DNA from: Podarcis bocagei
Taxonomy: Eukaryota
Reading direction: 5' to 3' (one strand)
Length of the DNA stretch: 64,000 nt
Assembly (NCBI GenBank): GCA_964188305.1
Contig: OZ076888.1
The translations under genes were made by a program, and so were the position numbers. Below the pieces are notes generated by a model. The model worked only from the letters and a program-made list of their open reading frames with translations. It did no database searches and was not told where the DNA came from. Every line of letters starts with the position of its first letter. Position 1 is the stretch's first letter. Shown here piece by piece: positions 35,846 to 49,649 of this stretch.

Positions 35846-38800
35846 AATAAACAATGTTACTTTGTGCATTGATATAAATCAATCATAATTATAATATAAT
35901 GCCCTACTGTGAAATAAACTCTTTCCTATCTGAAGCATTTATGAAGACTGGATATTGCATTTATGGAGTTTGAAGGTTTGTAGCACATGTTGCCTGTTTC
36001 ACACAGATGTCCCAACATGTGAATATTTTAAATAAAACGTTATTTGATGAGCATCCACAGAATGAGACTCTGCAACCAACCACCTCAAAAAAAATCCCCC
36101 AAGTTATTAAGTTCACTCATTTGGGGGTCAAGGTTTTTTATATATATAGAAAGCTTAAATCCTATTGATTTGTCCACCGTGTTGTTGCTTATTGCCCAGA
36201 AAGAATATTTCTTTTTAGCACCAAAGTCACCAATGAGGCCTTCAAGTTTACCCTTGGCTGCAGAGCATTGTTTCAAGCCCATCTTGCATCCCTTGCCAAA
36301 AACTACTCCTTTTATCCCTCTGGAAAACAACTTACGTTCTGTCCAAATAGTAGGGAAAAACTTATGTGTTATGGCAGGACACCTTCCTCTGAGACAGACT
36401 GCAAACATACATGGTCTCTGGTTTCCGGTGTGCTTTCTTGTGACGCTTCCTGGCATTAATATTTGATACTGTTTCCTGGGATGAATATTCAAGATATACA
36501 GTCCCTCTGTCCTCCCCATCTCCTCCTGCCCCCTCCCCCCAAAAATAAGTTGGGGGGGGGAATGGAAACAAAATCATTTTTTATGACTTCCTGGAGCTGC
36601 TGTTGGATGCAGTTGGACAGCAGTGGGTCAGGAGCAAAGGGCTGATGGCCTTCTGATTGCCTGCCTCCACATATCTCTCCCCTTTTAGGTCGTAAATATA
36701 AAACCACTGCTTGAAAAACAAAATGGTCATTAAGCTGTCAGCAGGCTCCGGCTCAGAAGATCGTAAATGTTTCTCCTTAGCAGCAGTTTTGCCTTGGCCC
36801 TGGGCTTTAGGTGCCTCTGCATCCTGGAAAAAACCGTAGCATCTTCCTTCAAGGCCAAGTGGATGGAGAGAGGTACTTGGACCTAGCAGATGCTGGGGTT
36901 GAGCTCCACCACTGCCATGGATGGGTTGCTGCTTGTCTAAAGCCCCCCAAAATATCTCTCTTGACGAGTGATGACCCCATCATCATTAGCAACTTCCTTG
37001 TCAAGTTACAAGTCCAACCGGGACAAAAAGTTCATTCCCTTTTTTTACTACGAAATTTCAAACTAACTCTGCATTTGAGCATCACCAAAGTGCATGTTAA
37101 GAATATTTTGGCAGACGTAATACGATCATGGCGCATCTTTTTTATGGCTGGTATCACATGTGCTTTATTTACAATAGTTGATACGCATGGAGCAGGACCA
37201 ATGGGTGGAGGCAGTGGTTACTGAAGCAGACCGAACGTCAGCAACAAAAAGGCCTGTTTATTCATTGCAGGAATCTGCATGTTGCTGATGCTGTTGAGAA
37301 GGCTAAAGGGTTAAAGTAAAACCATTCCACGTGCCTTGCAAATGGTACATTTTGAATTTCGTTCAGACAGCAGAAAACAGGCAAGCATGCACAAAGGTGG
37401 TAGAATTTGGCCACTGAATCCTGCCCACCATACACATCACACAAGTACAGGAAATATAACTCACAATTAATCTCTGTTTGAATTGCAAAAAAATTTTAAA
37501 GTTTGTTTCACCAAAAGTCAGGGCTAGTCGTACATTTGAGAATTAAGTACCTACTTAGATCCGTGTTCTTCAACCTTGGGTCCCCATATCTTGCTGGACT
37601 ACAGTTCCCCCCAGACTCATGGATTATGGGAGTTGCAGTTGAACAACATCTGGGAACCCAAAGCTGGGCAACAGTGTAGTAGATTAATCTTATGAACTAA
37701 TTTTGAGTTACATCAGTGTCTGAACCCTTAATCTTCAGTTCCCCATCTGAAAAATGGGAAGCAACACTGACCTGGCTCTTGGCAAGTAGGCTGTTCAAAG
37801 GCCCAGCTCTTCCCAATGGAGAAAGGGGAAATGGATATTTGTTACTGGCTGTATCTATCAATAAAGACCCAACCACCCCCTTCCAGTTTACATTTCCACT
37901 TCCATCTGTATGAAGGGCCACAACTGCTTTGCCTCTAACATGTAATGACTCTGTGATGCAGCTTCTAGCACTGACACTTTTAGTCACAATGATCTGAAGC
38001 TTCACTGAGTACTGAAATCCAGATAGGCTTGAAGCATTGCTAAGGGATAGTACTTAATGGAGCAAGGTCTGAGGTTTCTTTGCAGAGAACAACTAGCTCA
38101 AGGGACAGGCTGTCCTTGAGGTTAAGCAACCGAGTGGCACTTGTTTCCAGGATGCTTTTCTCTGTGAGATTGAGGCCTCTTGTATAAGGAGCAATTGTTG
38201 ACCCCCCCCCCCGCACAATTTGGGATTCTTTCCTGCCTTGTAGGTAGGAAAACCCTCCTGGTTTGTGGTTGTTCCATGTTCTCCTGCCAAACATGTCTGC
38301 ACATAAAATTATCATGTTTGCAAATATAGGGGGGGATAATAGATCTATCATTCGCTTTCCCTCCCTATCCTTTCTCTTTTTATTAAAACACAAAAAATAG
38401 CAGTGTCATTGCAGCCAGACCCCATTTTAGATTGGGTTGCAGCCCTACAGCCCTACAGTAATGATTCATTAGTTGTCTATGTAATCAATATGGTTTCAAC
38501 CATGCAGCCCAATGCTGAGCATGTTTCTGTGGACTTTACTCACAAGTAACGATTGCCGCCACAGTGAGTGTTGTGCTTGCATGCTGAATTAAAAGAGATT
38601 GCCTATTGAAACATCACCTACCTATCGCCGTTCCTTTCCTCTTCGTGATCGGTTCAGAAATTTCTATGGCTGCTGTTGCCTCCCTACACTCTGTAATGAT
38701 GGCTTTGGCTTTCTTAATAAAGTTTTTAGTGCCTGTGTTAGAGTGATAAAGGATACTAGAAACTGAAATTAGATTAGTTCTTCCTAATTACAGTGAGTTT

Positions 38801-39930
38801 GGAGCTCTGGGTTATATGTATGCAAGCAAGCAGGGGGAGAAGCTGGGGGATGAAGAGGCTGAGAAGATGGAACATTTAATGGGAACTTGATTTCCGAATC
38901 TGTTTAGGGTTTTTACGGTCTTGTAAGTAATTACGACAGGCAGCCTTCACCTACTTACTCTGTGCAAGGAGAGGTGGGAACCAAAAGCAAGGGCACAGAA
39001 TCCTGGCATCACGGCGCTTTATTAAGTTTATTACTAATAACTTGGCTCTGCCGCTCATAACTTTCTGACATATGGAAATTAGGGAACCATTCGGATAAAT
39101 AAGGAAGACTGATAAAGTGTTTGCGACGAAGGAAAACTTCCCGTGGGGCTCTGTCTTGTTGCCTGTCTGTACGTTTTGCCAAAGCGGTATTATCTTCCTG
39201 TCTACTTAATGGTTAATTATTTACAGGTATCTTGCAATGAAGTTCCTCTGCTTCCCGTGGAGAGATTTTAAAGCTCCTCCCATGCTATAGTCATTGGATC
39301 CTGGATTGGCTCACGATGGAGTGGCTACAACTCAAAATTATGTGACCAAAGTGTAACTAATTAGCCACACGACATGTGGCCAGATGGTGATTTGGGTAGA
39401 TTTTGGGCGTAGGCAAGGCCAAGTGTTCAAGAGACATTGAAAGCAATCTGCCCTATGCTAGAAATGCAAAACAAGATGGATGAATATAGACAGCTGTGTG
39501 CCAAGAGATAAAAATGCCAAGTGACAAGGAGAATTTTTACCAGACTTCCACTCCAGAGCAGAAATGCTGAGGACCAGTGGAGTGTTAAAATTCTTCTCGC
39601 CCCTTGGCAAGCGGTTGTGTGTGCAGTGCAGGGTGCGATAAATGTGCAGCTGGAGGGACAGGTGTAGATGATCACTCCAGGTTTTGCTGAGTAATTGCCC
39701 ACAAAATTACGATTTGCCAACTGTGTTCTGATAAATCCTGGGCAGCCTTGGAGGTTTATAGCAGGGGTAGCTGAATGAGAATAGCTGGCATGATGGACAG
39801 GTTTTCCTGGGAAGAGAGCTTGCCAAGCACTCCCATTCTTCCTAAGCCACACTCTTTTGAGTTCGAGCAAGACAGAGGCAAGGCTCAACAAGGCCCGAGG
39901 AGTGCTCCTTCTGATCTGAGTGTGCACCCC

Positions 39931-40310
39931 AGAATATATAAGAGCCTGCTGGATCCTTCTAACCTAGCATCCTGCTCTCTCGCAGTGGCCAACCAGATGC
40001 CTAGAGGAAGCCTGAACGTTAGACCTGAGTGCAATAACACTCTTCCCCATCTGTGATTTCCTGCAACTGCATGCTGCCTCCAGCAGTGGAGGTACAACAG
40101 TGCCTTCATGGCTGGTAACCATTGATAGCCTTAATTCCTATGAAATTGTCTAGCCCTCTGTTAAAGTTGGTGTCCATCACTACCTCCTGTGGAACTGAAT
40201 TCTCTGATTTAGATATTCACTGTGTGAAGAAGTAGATCCTTTTTGTCTGTGCCGCATCTTCTACTGTTCATCAGACATCTCCAAGTCCTAGTGCTATGGG
40301 AGAGAGAATC
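39931..40310 (-). mobile_element. Old CR1 3' end
   Basis: Reverse homology to 28117-28521 (aagagcctgctggatc...ctagcatcctg..ctcgcagtggccaaccagatgcc...). Confidence 0.7.
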
Positions 40311-41514
40311 CATAATCATCTGTAACGTGTCTAGGCTTCATGGAATGGGGGGGGGATGTCTAGGTGGCAACCGATTTGACTTGCAGATAATGAACAGTGC
40401 TAGGTGAGCAGCCACAAGGCCATTCAGAGCCAGATCCTAGGCCAATTTAGGCTGTAGAAAATGTTGAAAGAATGATGTGAAGGAAGCCAGGGTGACTCCT
40501 TGGATGTAATGGTATTCCTGAGGTGACAAGACAGAGGTGCTGCAGCAGGAAGCTCAGGTACCCACAATTAAGTCCTCTGCCTCACTTAAGAAAATAATGG
40601 CCATCATGTGCATCACATTAAAATAACTAACTGAATAAGTTGAAGCTTCTCTTGTTTTATTAACCCGAAAGAGGAGGGGGAGAGGAGACAGATTTTATGC
40701 ACGGCAATGGAAAGGTAAAATGACTTAATTAAGGATGATGTGCTCTGAGATGGGGTTTCTGCTGCGTGGTTCCCTCCTCCCATGTGTATGCATGCACACT
40801 TTTCCCCAGGAAGGCCAGCACTGATTGCTTCGCACAGCTGTTCTGGCGCTTCCTCTCTCTGCTGTTACCTGCAAAAAGAAGCAGGTTTTAAAAAGCAAAA
40901 GACAACAACTCAGGAGTGGTCCACAGAAGGGGACATTGGAGTACAAGCAGAAGGCAACTGTTGAGTTGGGATGCTGCAATTGGCAAACGGCTGTAAAAAG
41001 GGGCCAGTTTCTTAAATGCACAGAGTTCAGGACTTTAGTTTGTTCTCTTTCTGCAACAGCAACAGGTGTGCAGTGACAAGAAATAGAGAGGTGTTGCTTC
41101 TTTAATATTTCCGCACCCGTGCAGAAATGGGCCTCTGGAAGTCTTAGGTTTTTCCTTGGTGATCAAAAATGATCATAAGGACTAGGTCTGTAGGCTTCTG
41201 TATAAAGTTGGGATTTTGTAGTTGCAGCAGCTTCCCATGCAATCTTGCAACCACAGGGAAAGAACACTTTACTGTATTTAAAATATTTCTCTTCTGCCCT
41301 TCATGTTTCCAAGGCAGCTGACAAAACTAAGATAAAACTCAAGAATCAAAGTAAGTCATAATTTGGTTACAGCATGTTAAAACAAAACATTAAGAAGCCT
41401 GGGATAATGAATCGTGGGTTGTTCTGCTAAAACTGTTCACATAGTTGAAAACTATTTCTTGTGCATACCCTCCCAAATCAAGACAAGATTTTCAAACTGC
41501 TAATATGCTACAGT

Positions 41515-41734
41515 GAGAGCCACTGTGGCAAAAGGGTTAGAGTGTTGATCTAGGACCTGGGAGAGCAGGGTTTGAATCGCCACTCAGCCATGAAATTCAT
41601 TGGGTGACCTTGGGTGAGTCACCATCTCTTAGCCTAACCTACCTCACAGGGTTGGCATGAAGATGAAATGGGGAGGAGGAGAACCACGTACACCCCATTG
41701 AGATCTTTGGAAGAAAAAGGTGGCATATAAGTGT
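41515..41734 (+). mobile_element. CORE/MIR-like SINE abutting the assembly gap
   Basis: A/B-box-like head (ggttagagtgttg...gggtttgaatcgccactcagcc), core gggtgaccttggg...tagcctaacctacctcacagggttg. Confidence 0.75.
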
Positions 41735-41873
41735 NNNNNNNNNNNNNNNNNNNNNNNNNNNNNNNNNNNNNNNNNNNNNNNNNNNNNNNNNNNNNNNNNN
41801 NNNNNNNNNNNNNNNNNNNNNNNNNNNNNNNNNNNNNNNNNNNNNNNNNNNNNNNNNNNNNNNNNNNNNNNNN
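41735..41873. other. Assembly gap (139 N)
   Basis: Run of n. Confidence 1.
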
Positions 41874-42852
41874 GGGATTGGGTCTTAAGACTCCTTTTGT
41901 TATAAAACTCCCAGGCAGTGGGATTTAGATAGTTATTTTTAATATATCAGGCTACATAGATTTCTCCACACACACACTGACCCCAGGAAAGATCCCATAA
42001 ACAAGTGCTGGAAAACATAGTATTCAGCTATTCTCACCGCCCCAATCCATGTGGATTTTCAGTTTGTAGCATGATGTTAATTCTTCCAAAAGAATCGACC
42101 CAGAAATACTCCCATCGTGGAAATGTTTTGTCAGAACCGGCTTCTAACTAAGCTTCCAACTTGTCAATCGAGTCAAACTTTTTCCTTCAGTGACTTTGTA
42201 GGGACCGCTGACCACAAGCCTGTATTTTTGAAAGGGTGGCAAAGGGTGGATCAGAAAAGACCTGTTAGAGAGTCTCCATTACCTCTGGTGGGATTAGACC
42301 TTTGTTCTAGCGCTTTGTCCCAGCTAGCTTTACATGTCCCAGGAGCTCGCACCACTTCCTGTGGAGGCCGTTTCCATTGTGCGTTGACAGACATGTGTGA
42401 CCTAATAAATTGAAAGGTTCTCTACAATGGAGCTAAAAAGAAACAGCCTCCGTCTCCTGGCTTGCATTGTTCTTTATAATCAGCTTGGCATTTCATTTTA
42501 GAGAAAAAAAATAAAATGCATATATTTAGGCAGGGATTTGCAAAGTGCCTGCAGACTTTAGACATTGAAATCCCATTCACATGGTGCTCTATCCACTCCC
42601 TCCAGTTTCTCCTGGAAAATTCTGGTCTTTAAGTCTTTAAAAGCATCAGTAATCCATCTGTTCTCTCAGTAGCGTGTTAGCAGTCACTGTTTCAATTTGT
42701 TGTGTTTTGCTAAACCTCCTTCTCTGATTTGTAGTCTGGTGCAGCTCTTTCTTCATTCTGCCCTTCCCCCCCCAAAAAAAAAAATCCTTTCTTGTGTACA
42801 TACACACTAGCTCATTTGTAGTGAAAATGTGTGGTTTTTCTAAAGCTAGAAT

Positions 42853-43187
42853 CTAAAGCTAGAAACGGCCTCAGTACAGTATACCTGAAGGAGCGCCTCT
42901 ACCCCCATCGTTCTGTCGCCAAGGGCCTTCTGGCGGTTCCCTCACTTGGAGAAGCCAAGTTACAGGGAACCAGGCAGAGGGCCTTCTCGGTAGTGGCACC
43001 CGCCCTGTGGAATGCCCTCCCACCAGATGTCAAAGAGAAAAACAACTACCAGACTTTTAGAAGACATCTGAAGGCAGCCCTGTTTAGGGAAGCTTTTAAT
43101 GTTTAATAGATTCTTGTATTTTAATATTCTGTTGGAAGCCGCCCAGAGTGGCTGGGGAAGCCCAGCCAGATGGGTGGGGTATAAATA

Positions 43188-43250
<63 letters not shown>
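42853..43250 (+). mobile_element. L2-clade LINE 3' end with long (ATT)n tail
   Basis: KARNGLSTVYLKERL...RAFSVVAPALWNALP...FRRHLKAALFREAF; about 60-bp (att)n tail. Confidence 0.88.
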
Positions 43251-43251
<1 letters not shown>

Positions 43252-44499
43252 TCATGCTCACCCTCAACATTCCTCTTTCAGTCTAGGTTCTGCCGCCCCA
43301 ACTAGTGCATGAGGTTACTACATATGCATTTGAAAATGATCCCCTTGATTAGGTTGTCCATGCCTTTTTGTTCCATTACATGGCCCAGGTGAATGAAGAA
43401 CAAAGTGGTACTTGTAGCATACTCACAACATTATGGGTCAGGTGTGGGTTATACCCCTCTCCCATTGTGTACAGAATCAATCTGCAATGCAGTTTTCTTA
43501 AAGCACCCCCCCCCCAAGAAACCATGGATTTGTAGTTTCTTAAGAGAGCTGGGAATGGTAGCTCTGTGAGGGGACAAACTACAGTTCCCAGGGTTCTTTT
43601 GAGAGGGGTGCTTTTAATGTATAGTGTGTATACAGCCAGAGAGTCTGATGATGTGCATTTTCCCCCAGATTTGCCAGCTGCTAAGATTTGGAGAGAGCTA
43701 TAAAACCTCTTTTGTCTTAGAAGAGCTTGCCAGCTAGCCTGCAGTGCTAATACTCTGAGTATTGTAAACAGAAGCCTAAAGTAGCCATTGCCCTCACACA
43801 TATGCAAGGCATTAACAAATGAACAGCAGGACACCAGATGTTCCGTTGTCCGGGCGAGCTGCTATCAGTTTGACACCTGTTGGGTCCAGCAGAGCTGTGG
43901 CTGAAGGAGCTGGAGAGAGAGAACCCCTTTGCTGTTAGGGAATGCAGAGCCCTAATCTCCAGATTTAAGAGGGAGTGGAAAACCTCTCCCACTTCAGAAA
44001 ATAGATATGGGGGTGGGGGGTTCATTTCTAAAATGCTTTTAGGGAATTGATCCCACAAGGCTGATTTGAAATAATCTCGTCCTTTGTTCGATCTGCTGAA
44101 TTGTTTGTAATTTGGTTTCCAATTTAAACGAAGCAAAGAGTGCATTACAAATCCCCCACTTTCTCCTTTGCCTCAGATTGTCTAATTGGGATGTGCTCAT
44201 AAGCCACAAGCAGTGATCATGCACCACACACATTAAGTAACAACACACATGGGTAGGACTGTTAGAGCGTCAGTGGCAGTTTGACCCGTCACTTTCTTTG
44301 GCCCGTTGTTCACTTTTAAAATTGTCAGAAACTTGCTCCTGCAACTCATTGCAAACAGGCTTAGGTTTGTTTCAGTGCCATTCTCCTCTGTGCTGCTCTG
44401 CTGCACTCACTGTCCTTGGCCTCAGTTGTCCATACACTGCTTGTTACTACCGGAAACTGTTTCCCACCAGTTCAGACTCTTTGGCCACCTGGGCTTTGG

Positions 44500-44666
44500 C
44501 CACATCCACACCATGCATTTAAAGTGCATAGCTTTCCCCCCAAAAGAATCATGGGAACTGTAGGTTTTTTTAAGGGTATTGAGAATGGTAGCTCTGTGAA
44601 TAGTAAACCACAACTCCCAGAGTTCTTTGGGGGGAGCCATATGCTTTAAACATATGATGTGGATGT
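44500..44666. mobile_element. Palindromic MITE (same family as 35335)
   Basis: acatccacaccatgcatttaaag...ctttaaacatatgatgtggatgt inverted ends; aaagaatcatgggaactgt / acaactcccagagttcttt inner arms. Confidence 0.7.
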
Positions 44667-44818
44667 CATGTTCTGACTGAAAGTAGCTCTCCAGGGTCTT
44701 TCCTATTACTTTCTACTGGATGGATTGTGTGTGTGTAATTTTGTCAGTGACATCATGGACATAATAACATACATTTCCATTGTCAATAGGACTGCGCGGC
44801 AGGAATGGTTCTCTAGAT

Positions 44819-44958
44819 TAGGGATGGGGAACCTGTGGCCTTCCGGATGTTGTTGGACTCAAACTCCCATCAGCCCCTGTCAGCATGGGCAAAGGCCAAG
44901 GATGATGGTAGTTGTAGTCTAACAACTTTGAGAGGATGCCATGTCAGCTATCCCCATT
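44819..44958. mobile_element. hAT-like palindromic MITE
   Basis: tagggatggggaacctgtggcc...ctatccccatt; flanks ttctagat / ttctagat-like. Confidence 0.6.
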
Positions 44959-45744
44959 CTAGATTCTGGCCCCAGTTGATTGCAGTTGCTGCTAATCCCC
45001 CGGCCCTTATAACTACTTCAGACCTGTGACTTGACTTGATTAAATGGGTTATGTCTTCCTGTAGGAAATAAATATTTGTGAGGCTTCACACGAGGCAAGC
45101 CTGGCTTTACGTCATGGTTCGAATTGTGAGACAACTCAGTAGACTTTGTCTCGGAACCTGAGTCTTGAGGAGAACAGATTGGCCCCTGTTTTGAAGGCAA
45201 CTTGTCCATCTTGGCTCTTGCTCTCTGTGGAGCAGCTCATATGTTCTGACCGCTGACAGTAAGCTGGCTGGCTGCCACCTGGGGATTCCCCTTACTGAAA
45301 GGGAATCCTCTGCCAGCCGGATAAACCAGCTTGCTGGATGCTTTGTCCGCTGGGAACAGGCCCAAGAATCAGGTCCTTAATCTCCACAGCAGCCAGAGAT
45401 TTCTGATGGTGTGTCTAAATGTTAAGAGCTAATGGAGATTAGCAAAACAAACAAAACCCTAAAGCTCTGCCCCCGGACCTTCTGGTCAGGATCTTCTCCT
45501 CCAAAGAAGGATGTCGGGGGCAGGCAAAGTAGAGGGGACATCAAGCCAACTCTTGACTTCCACTTGCTGGTTGTTCTGACAGTCTGGGAGAGAGCTTTCC
45601 AAGTGGCCATCGCCTGCCCTGGGCTAAGGACTTTTATGGAGGGTAACCTGATGGCACAGTGTCTGACAATTCAAGATTTTGAAAGCACAACGAAGGTGTG
45701 AAATATGGAAGTTTTATACTATGAAGCATGAAGTGAACGCAGTT

Positions 45745-46088
45745 AGACCTTCCAAGTGTCCCTATTTTCCAGGGACACCCCACATTTATAGAAGCCGTCC
45801 TGGTTTCTGATTTGATCCCAGAATGTCCCGCTTTTCCTTAGGACGCCCCTATTTTCATCAGAGAAATGTTGGAGGGTGTGGAATCGGACATGTTGCCTTT
45901 CAAAAGTTATTGGCAGGGCTTTTTTCAGCAGGAACTCACTTGAACTCAGTTCTGGCACATCTCAGGTGGGCACCATTGCCATTCTAAGAGAACGAGGGAG
46001 GTGTTCATGGTGAGTTCCAGCACCTATTTTTCTAGAAAAATAGCACTGGACACCCCTATTTTCATCAGAGAAATGTTGGAGGGTATGT
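45745..46088. mobile_element. Composite of hAT-like MITEs with a duplicated 40-bp right end
   Basis: ccttccaagtgtccctatttt...gagaaatgttggaggg; inner element cagggcttttttc...gaaaaatagcactg (about 45913-46048). Confidence 0.55.
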
Positions 46089-47624
46089 GCAGTTTCTCTG
46101 GAGCCAGAGCCAAACAGCAGGAAGAGGCAATTAATTCTCATTCTGTCCACAGCCTGGCAATCGTTTGTAGTGATGTCTATGCAATTTCACACACATTTTC
46201 CTTACCAACCCTCATTTTTTGGAACTGGAGTGTTGAAAAATCCAGCACGCCCTACTAGGGTGTGGAGGGTATACAACGTCAGAGCTCTAAAGTGGAGTCA
46301 CTGCAGTGCCACGGAATGAAAGATGGCCAATTCTGAGCTTAAACACAGCAGTTGTTCTACTGGGTGACTAAACCTGCCGGGTACTGGATCCTTCCCACCT
46401 CCCCCACCACAGTGCTACAGGTGCCCTTTGATTCCCTCCTCTCTGTCTTTTCCAGGCTGCTCCCTTCCCTGGATCTCTGCGGGGAGAACAGTTGGCTGGA
46501 GACCACTTTGCTACTGGTTTGGCAGGCCGCACAATCATCTCAATTAGCCATTAGTCACAGCTGCAGGCAAACCGGCTGCTCATCAGGGAGAATATGGGAT
46601 TCTGTGAGGATAATACTGAGGGACAGCTTAAGAAATTAAGGTCATATGGGGGACAGTTTTGAAAGAGAAATTCCAGGAGAGTAGCTGCGTGGGAAGGGGG
46701 GATTTCTGACGCAACTTAAGAGACTTAAGGCCTCTGCAAATTAGGCTTACTCTGGAGAGGAATCCTACTCTGGTGAGAGTTTGGGGGTATGCAGGCCCAA
46801 TTTCCCGCCCCTTCTTGTTCCCTAAAAAGTTGGTGCTCCCCTTGTGGCACTTCCTCTCCCATCCAATAGCAATTTTCCTGTGTCTTCAGGGTCTGGTGTC
46901 TGAGATGTTTTCGAGGAGGGTAGTAGCTCTGCACATAATTGAGAGCAGCTTCAGGCATTCTGTTGGCATCTTCAGGGAGTGCATGATGGGGAGTTACAGA
47001 GATCGGTGCGCTAGCTCTGCTCCCCATTCCAGACACCTTCCAACCAATGAAGGAGACCTGGCGAAGTGTGAGACACATCTGTGATTACAGGGCAGTCCCC
47101 GCTTGCATGTGGTTATCCTCCACACGATGGGAGACAACCAGAACAGTGATGTGTGAGTGGAGCCAGCACACCTGTCCCTGGGTGCCCCCCCCATGTGTTT
47201 ACCTAACATGCTAACTGAAGTTTGTTCCTCCTTCAGACACAAACACACACAGAGGCTCTGCCTTCCCTGTTGTACGGGTCCGCAGTGCTGTAGAATGTAT
47301 GTGAATATTGGGACCATGCTGGTGGGAACCAATTGTTTGCATCTCTCTCCCCTCTTCCTCCTGACTGAGCGGCAATCAAGCAGGCAGAGCTGTAGCTAGG
47401 TGATCTTGCGCCCCTGGCAGAACCATTCAGTTCACCCTCTATTTAAAACAATTTCTTATGAGGCAATAATTGATATTGATATTTATGGACATATTTTTAG
47501 CCAATTTTGCACCCCCCGCCCAGTCTGCGCCCACCTCGCCACCCCCTAGCTACGGCCCTGCAAGCAGGGAAGATTCTTGCAATTCATTCCAGCCACAGCT
47601 GCTGTAGTATTGCTTTGCTTTGTA

Positions 47625-47760
47625 TAGCTCAGTCGGTAGAGCCTGAGACTCAGGGTCGTGGGTTTGAGCCCCACGTTGGGCAAAAGATTCCTGCATTGCA
47701 GGGAGTTGAACTGGATAACCCGCATGGTCCCTTCCAACTCTACAACTCTATGATTCTGTG
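47625..47760 (+). mobile_element. tRNA-Lys-derived SINE with CR1-like tail
   Basis: tagctcagtcggtagagcctgagactcagggtcgtgggtttgagccccacgttgggc (anticodon loop deleted), then ggtcccttccaactctac...tatgattctgtg. Confidence 0.85.
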
Positions 47761-48533
47761 ACAACCCAGGGAAAGCCAATCCCGCACAGCTGCAGTCCCA
47801 TGTGAACAGAAGAACCACGGTGGGAATTAATGAAAGTGGGGCTACAAAATGCATCCTGGCCCTTCTTTCTCTTCCTTCCTGTTTCCTCAGTTCCTTGTAT
47901 GCCTCACATTAGAGAATGACGGAAACAGAATACTGAGGTGCTTTGCCCAGCGTTCATGTGTGCGCACAAATTGTGCTAATACAAAGGCCATGTGCAAACC
48001 TTGCATTCTTCAGAAGCCATAGTTAGAGCCATCTCGGTTTATCGCAGAGGCACATATGTTTCTTGTATCCCATTACCTGCACCACTGCAATGATTTTAAG
48101 GCTGCTTGTCAAGGCGATGCATGTGGCTTGCCTCTTTCAGCTGGGCCACCGCCGAGCTGTCGCAATTGCCTGAAGCGTCCTGAGGGGTCCCTCTGGTTGC
48201 TACAGATATACCCTATGTCTTTCATTCTCGTCTCCTGTGGGCTGTTGCTGGGATGATTTATTTTAGAGGTGGGGGAAACGGATCCATTGTCGTTGGCTCC
48301 CGCAGCAATATGGCAGGGAGGGGGGAGTGATGTTGCCATTCACCTCTGCTGTTGTTTTGTGCATGAAAATGTTTCTGCAGGTGCAGGCAAGTGTGTGTTT
48401 ATAGCCCAGTAGGCTTTCCAGTTTAGTGCAGCAAAATCAGAGCTTTTTTTTTTGGGGGGGGGGAGTATGGGAAGGGAAACCTTGTACACTTCCAGGGCTC
48501 TCTTGGAAATTGCTCTGCTCTTTAGCTTAGGAT

Positions 48534-48592
48534 ATAGAATCATAGAGTTGGAATAGACCACAAGGGCCATCGAGTCCAACCATCTGCCAAGC
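48534..48592 (-). mobile_element. Very short CR1 3' terminus
   Basis: atagaatcatagagttggaatagaccacaagggccatcgagtccaacc is the reverse complement of the 27797-27860 tail. Confidence 0.8.
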
Positions 48593-49390
48593 ATGGATAG
48601 TCCCTGTTGAAAAAGAAAAAGGGAAATTAGCCACGAGCCTTGTGTAAAGCAGCATTTTCAGAGAAAGTAAAGTAAGGAGGGGAGAGGGGGACGAGGGACA
48701 CCAAACATTTGACAATACTGTTTCCCTGCCTAATTTGTAGAGACAACAGCAGGTATCTCAAGAACTACTGCTCTTGTATGTCTTGCAGCAAAGCAGCGCC
48801 AGATGTTTCCCATATGGTTTTCGCTTCCTGTCTGGCTCCTCCACATTTAGCCTTTTTAGAATATAAAAATGAACATGTTTGCTTTGGACTACAAATAAAG
48901 AAAAAATAACAACAAAAACAAAAAGCGAGGGGGGTGTCTTTTATAATCCTTTCCCCAAGGGAGGTTGTTCAGGATGCAATCTGAACTCTATTCACTATTG
49001 TATGCTATTGAAGAACTATTGTTTCTTTTCCTCCTGCTTTTGTTAAATGTCTTCTGTTCTCTCCCCCCCCCCCCCGCCAACAACACCATTACATGTTTTC
49101 TTATTGTGTCACCAGGCCTTTGCTGTGATCTCTTCCAGCCATCGGTCAAAGGCTGGGAATGGCGTAGTGCAGCGTTTCTCAAACGAAAAACCCACAGCAG
49201 AGTTTGCAGAAACTTCAGCAGCTTTGCTGCATCCTACCACTGCCACCCCCCAATGGCACATGCCTGTGCATTATTATTAGTAAGCATTAACTAGTTAATT
49301 AGTCAACAAAAGCTTTAGTTGTTGTTTACTGGGAAAATACCATTCGTAGTGACAGGCAAGGGGTGTGTGCGTGCCTGTGTTTGTCTATAG

Positions 49391-49649
49391 CAGGGGTCAG
49401 CAAACTTTTTCAGCAGGGGGCTGGTCCACTGTCCCTCAGACCTTGTGGGGGGCCAGACTATATATATTTGGGGGTATGAACGAATTCCTATGCACCACAA
49501 ATAACCCAGAGATGTATTTTAAAAAAAAGGGCACATTCTACTCATGTAAAAACATGCTGATTCCTGGACCGTCCGCAGGCCAGAATGAGAAGGCGATTGG
49601 GCCAAATCTGGCCCACGGGCCTTAGTTTGCCTTAGTTTGCCTACCCATG
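49391..49649. mobile_element. hAT-superfamily MITE
   Basis: TIR caggggtcagcaaact / agtttgcctacccatg; perfect 8-bp TSD gtctatag at 49383-49390 and 49650-49657. Confidence 0.9.

Noticed and set aside
36811-37224. 137-aa ORF in unique sequence
   Set aside because: GTG start and no recognisable protein; I found no convincing exon on either strand.
41720-41928. ORFs spanning poly-X
   Set aside because: Produced by the N gap.
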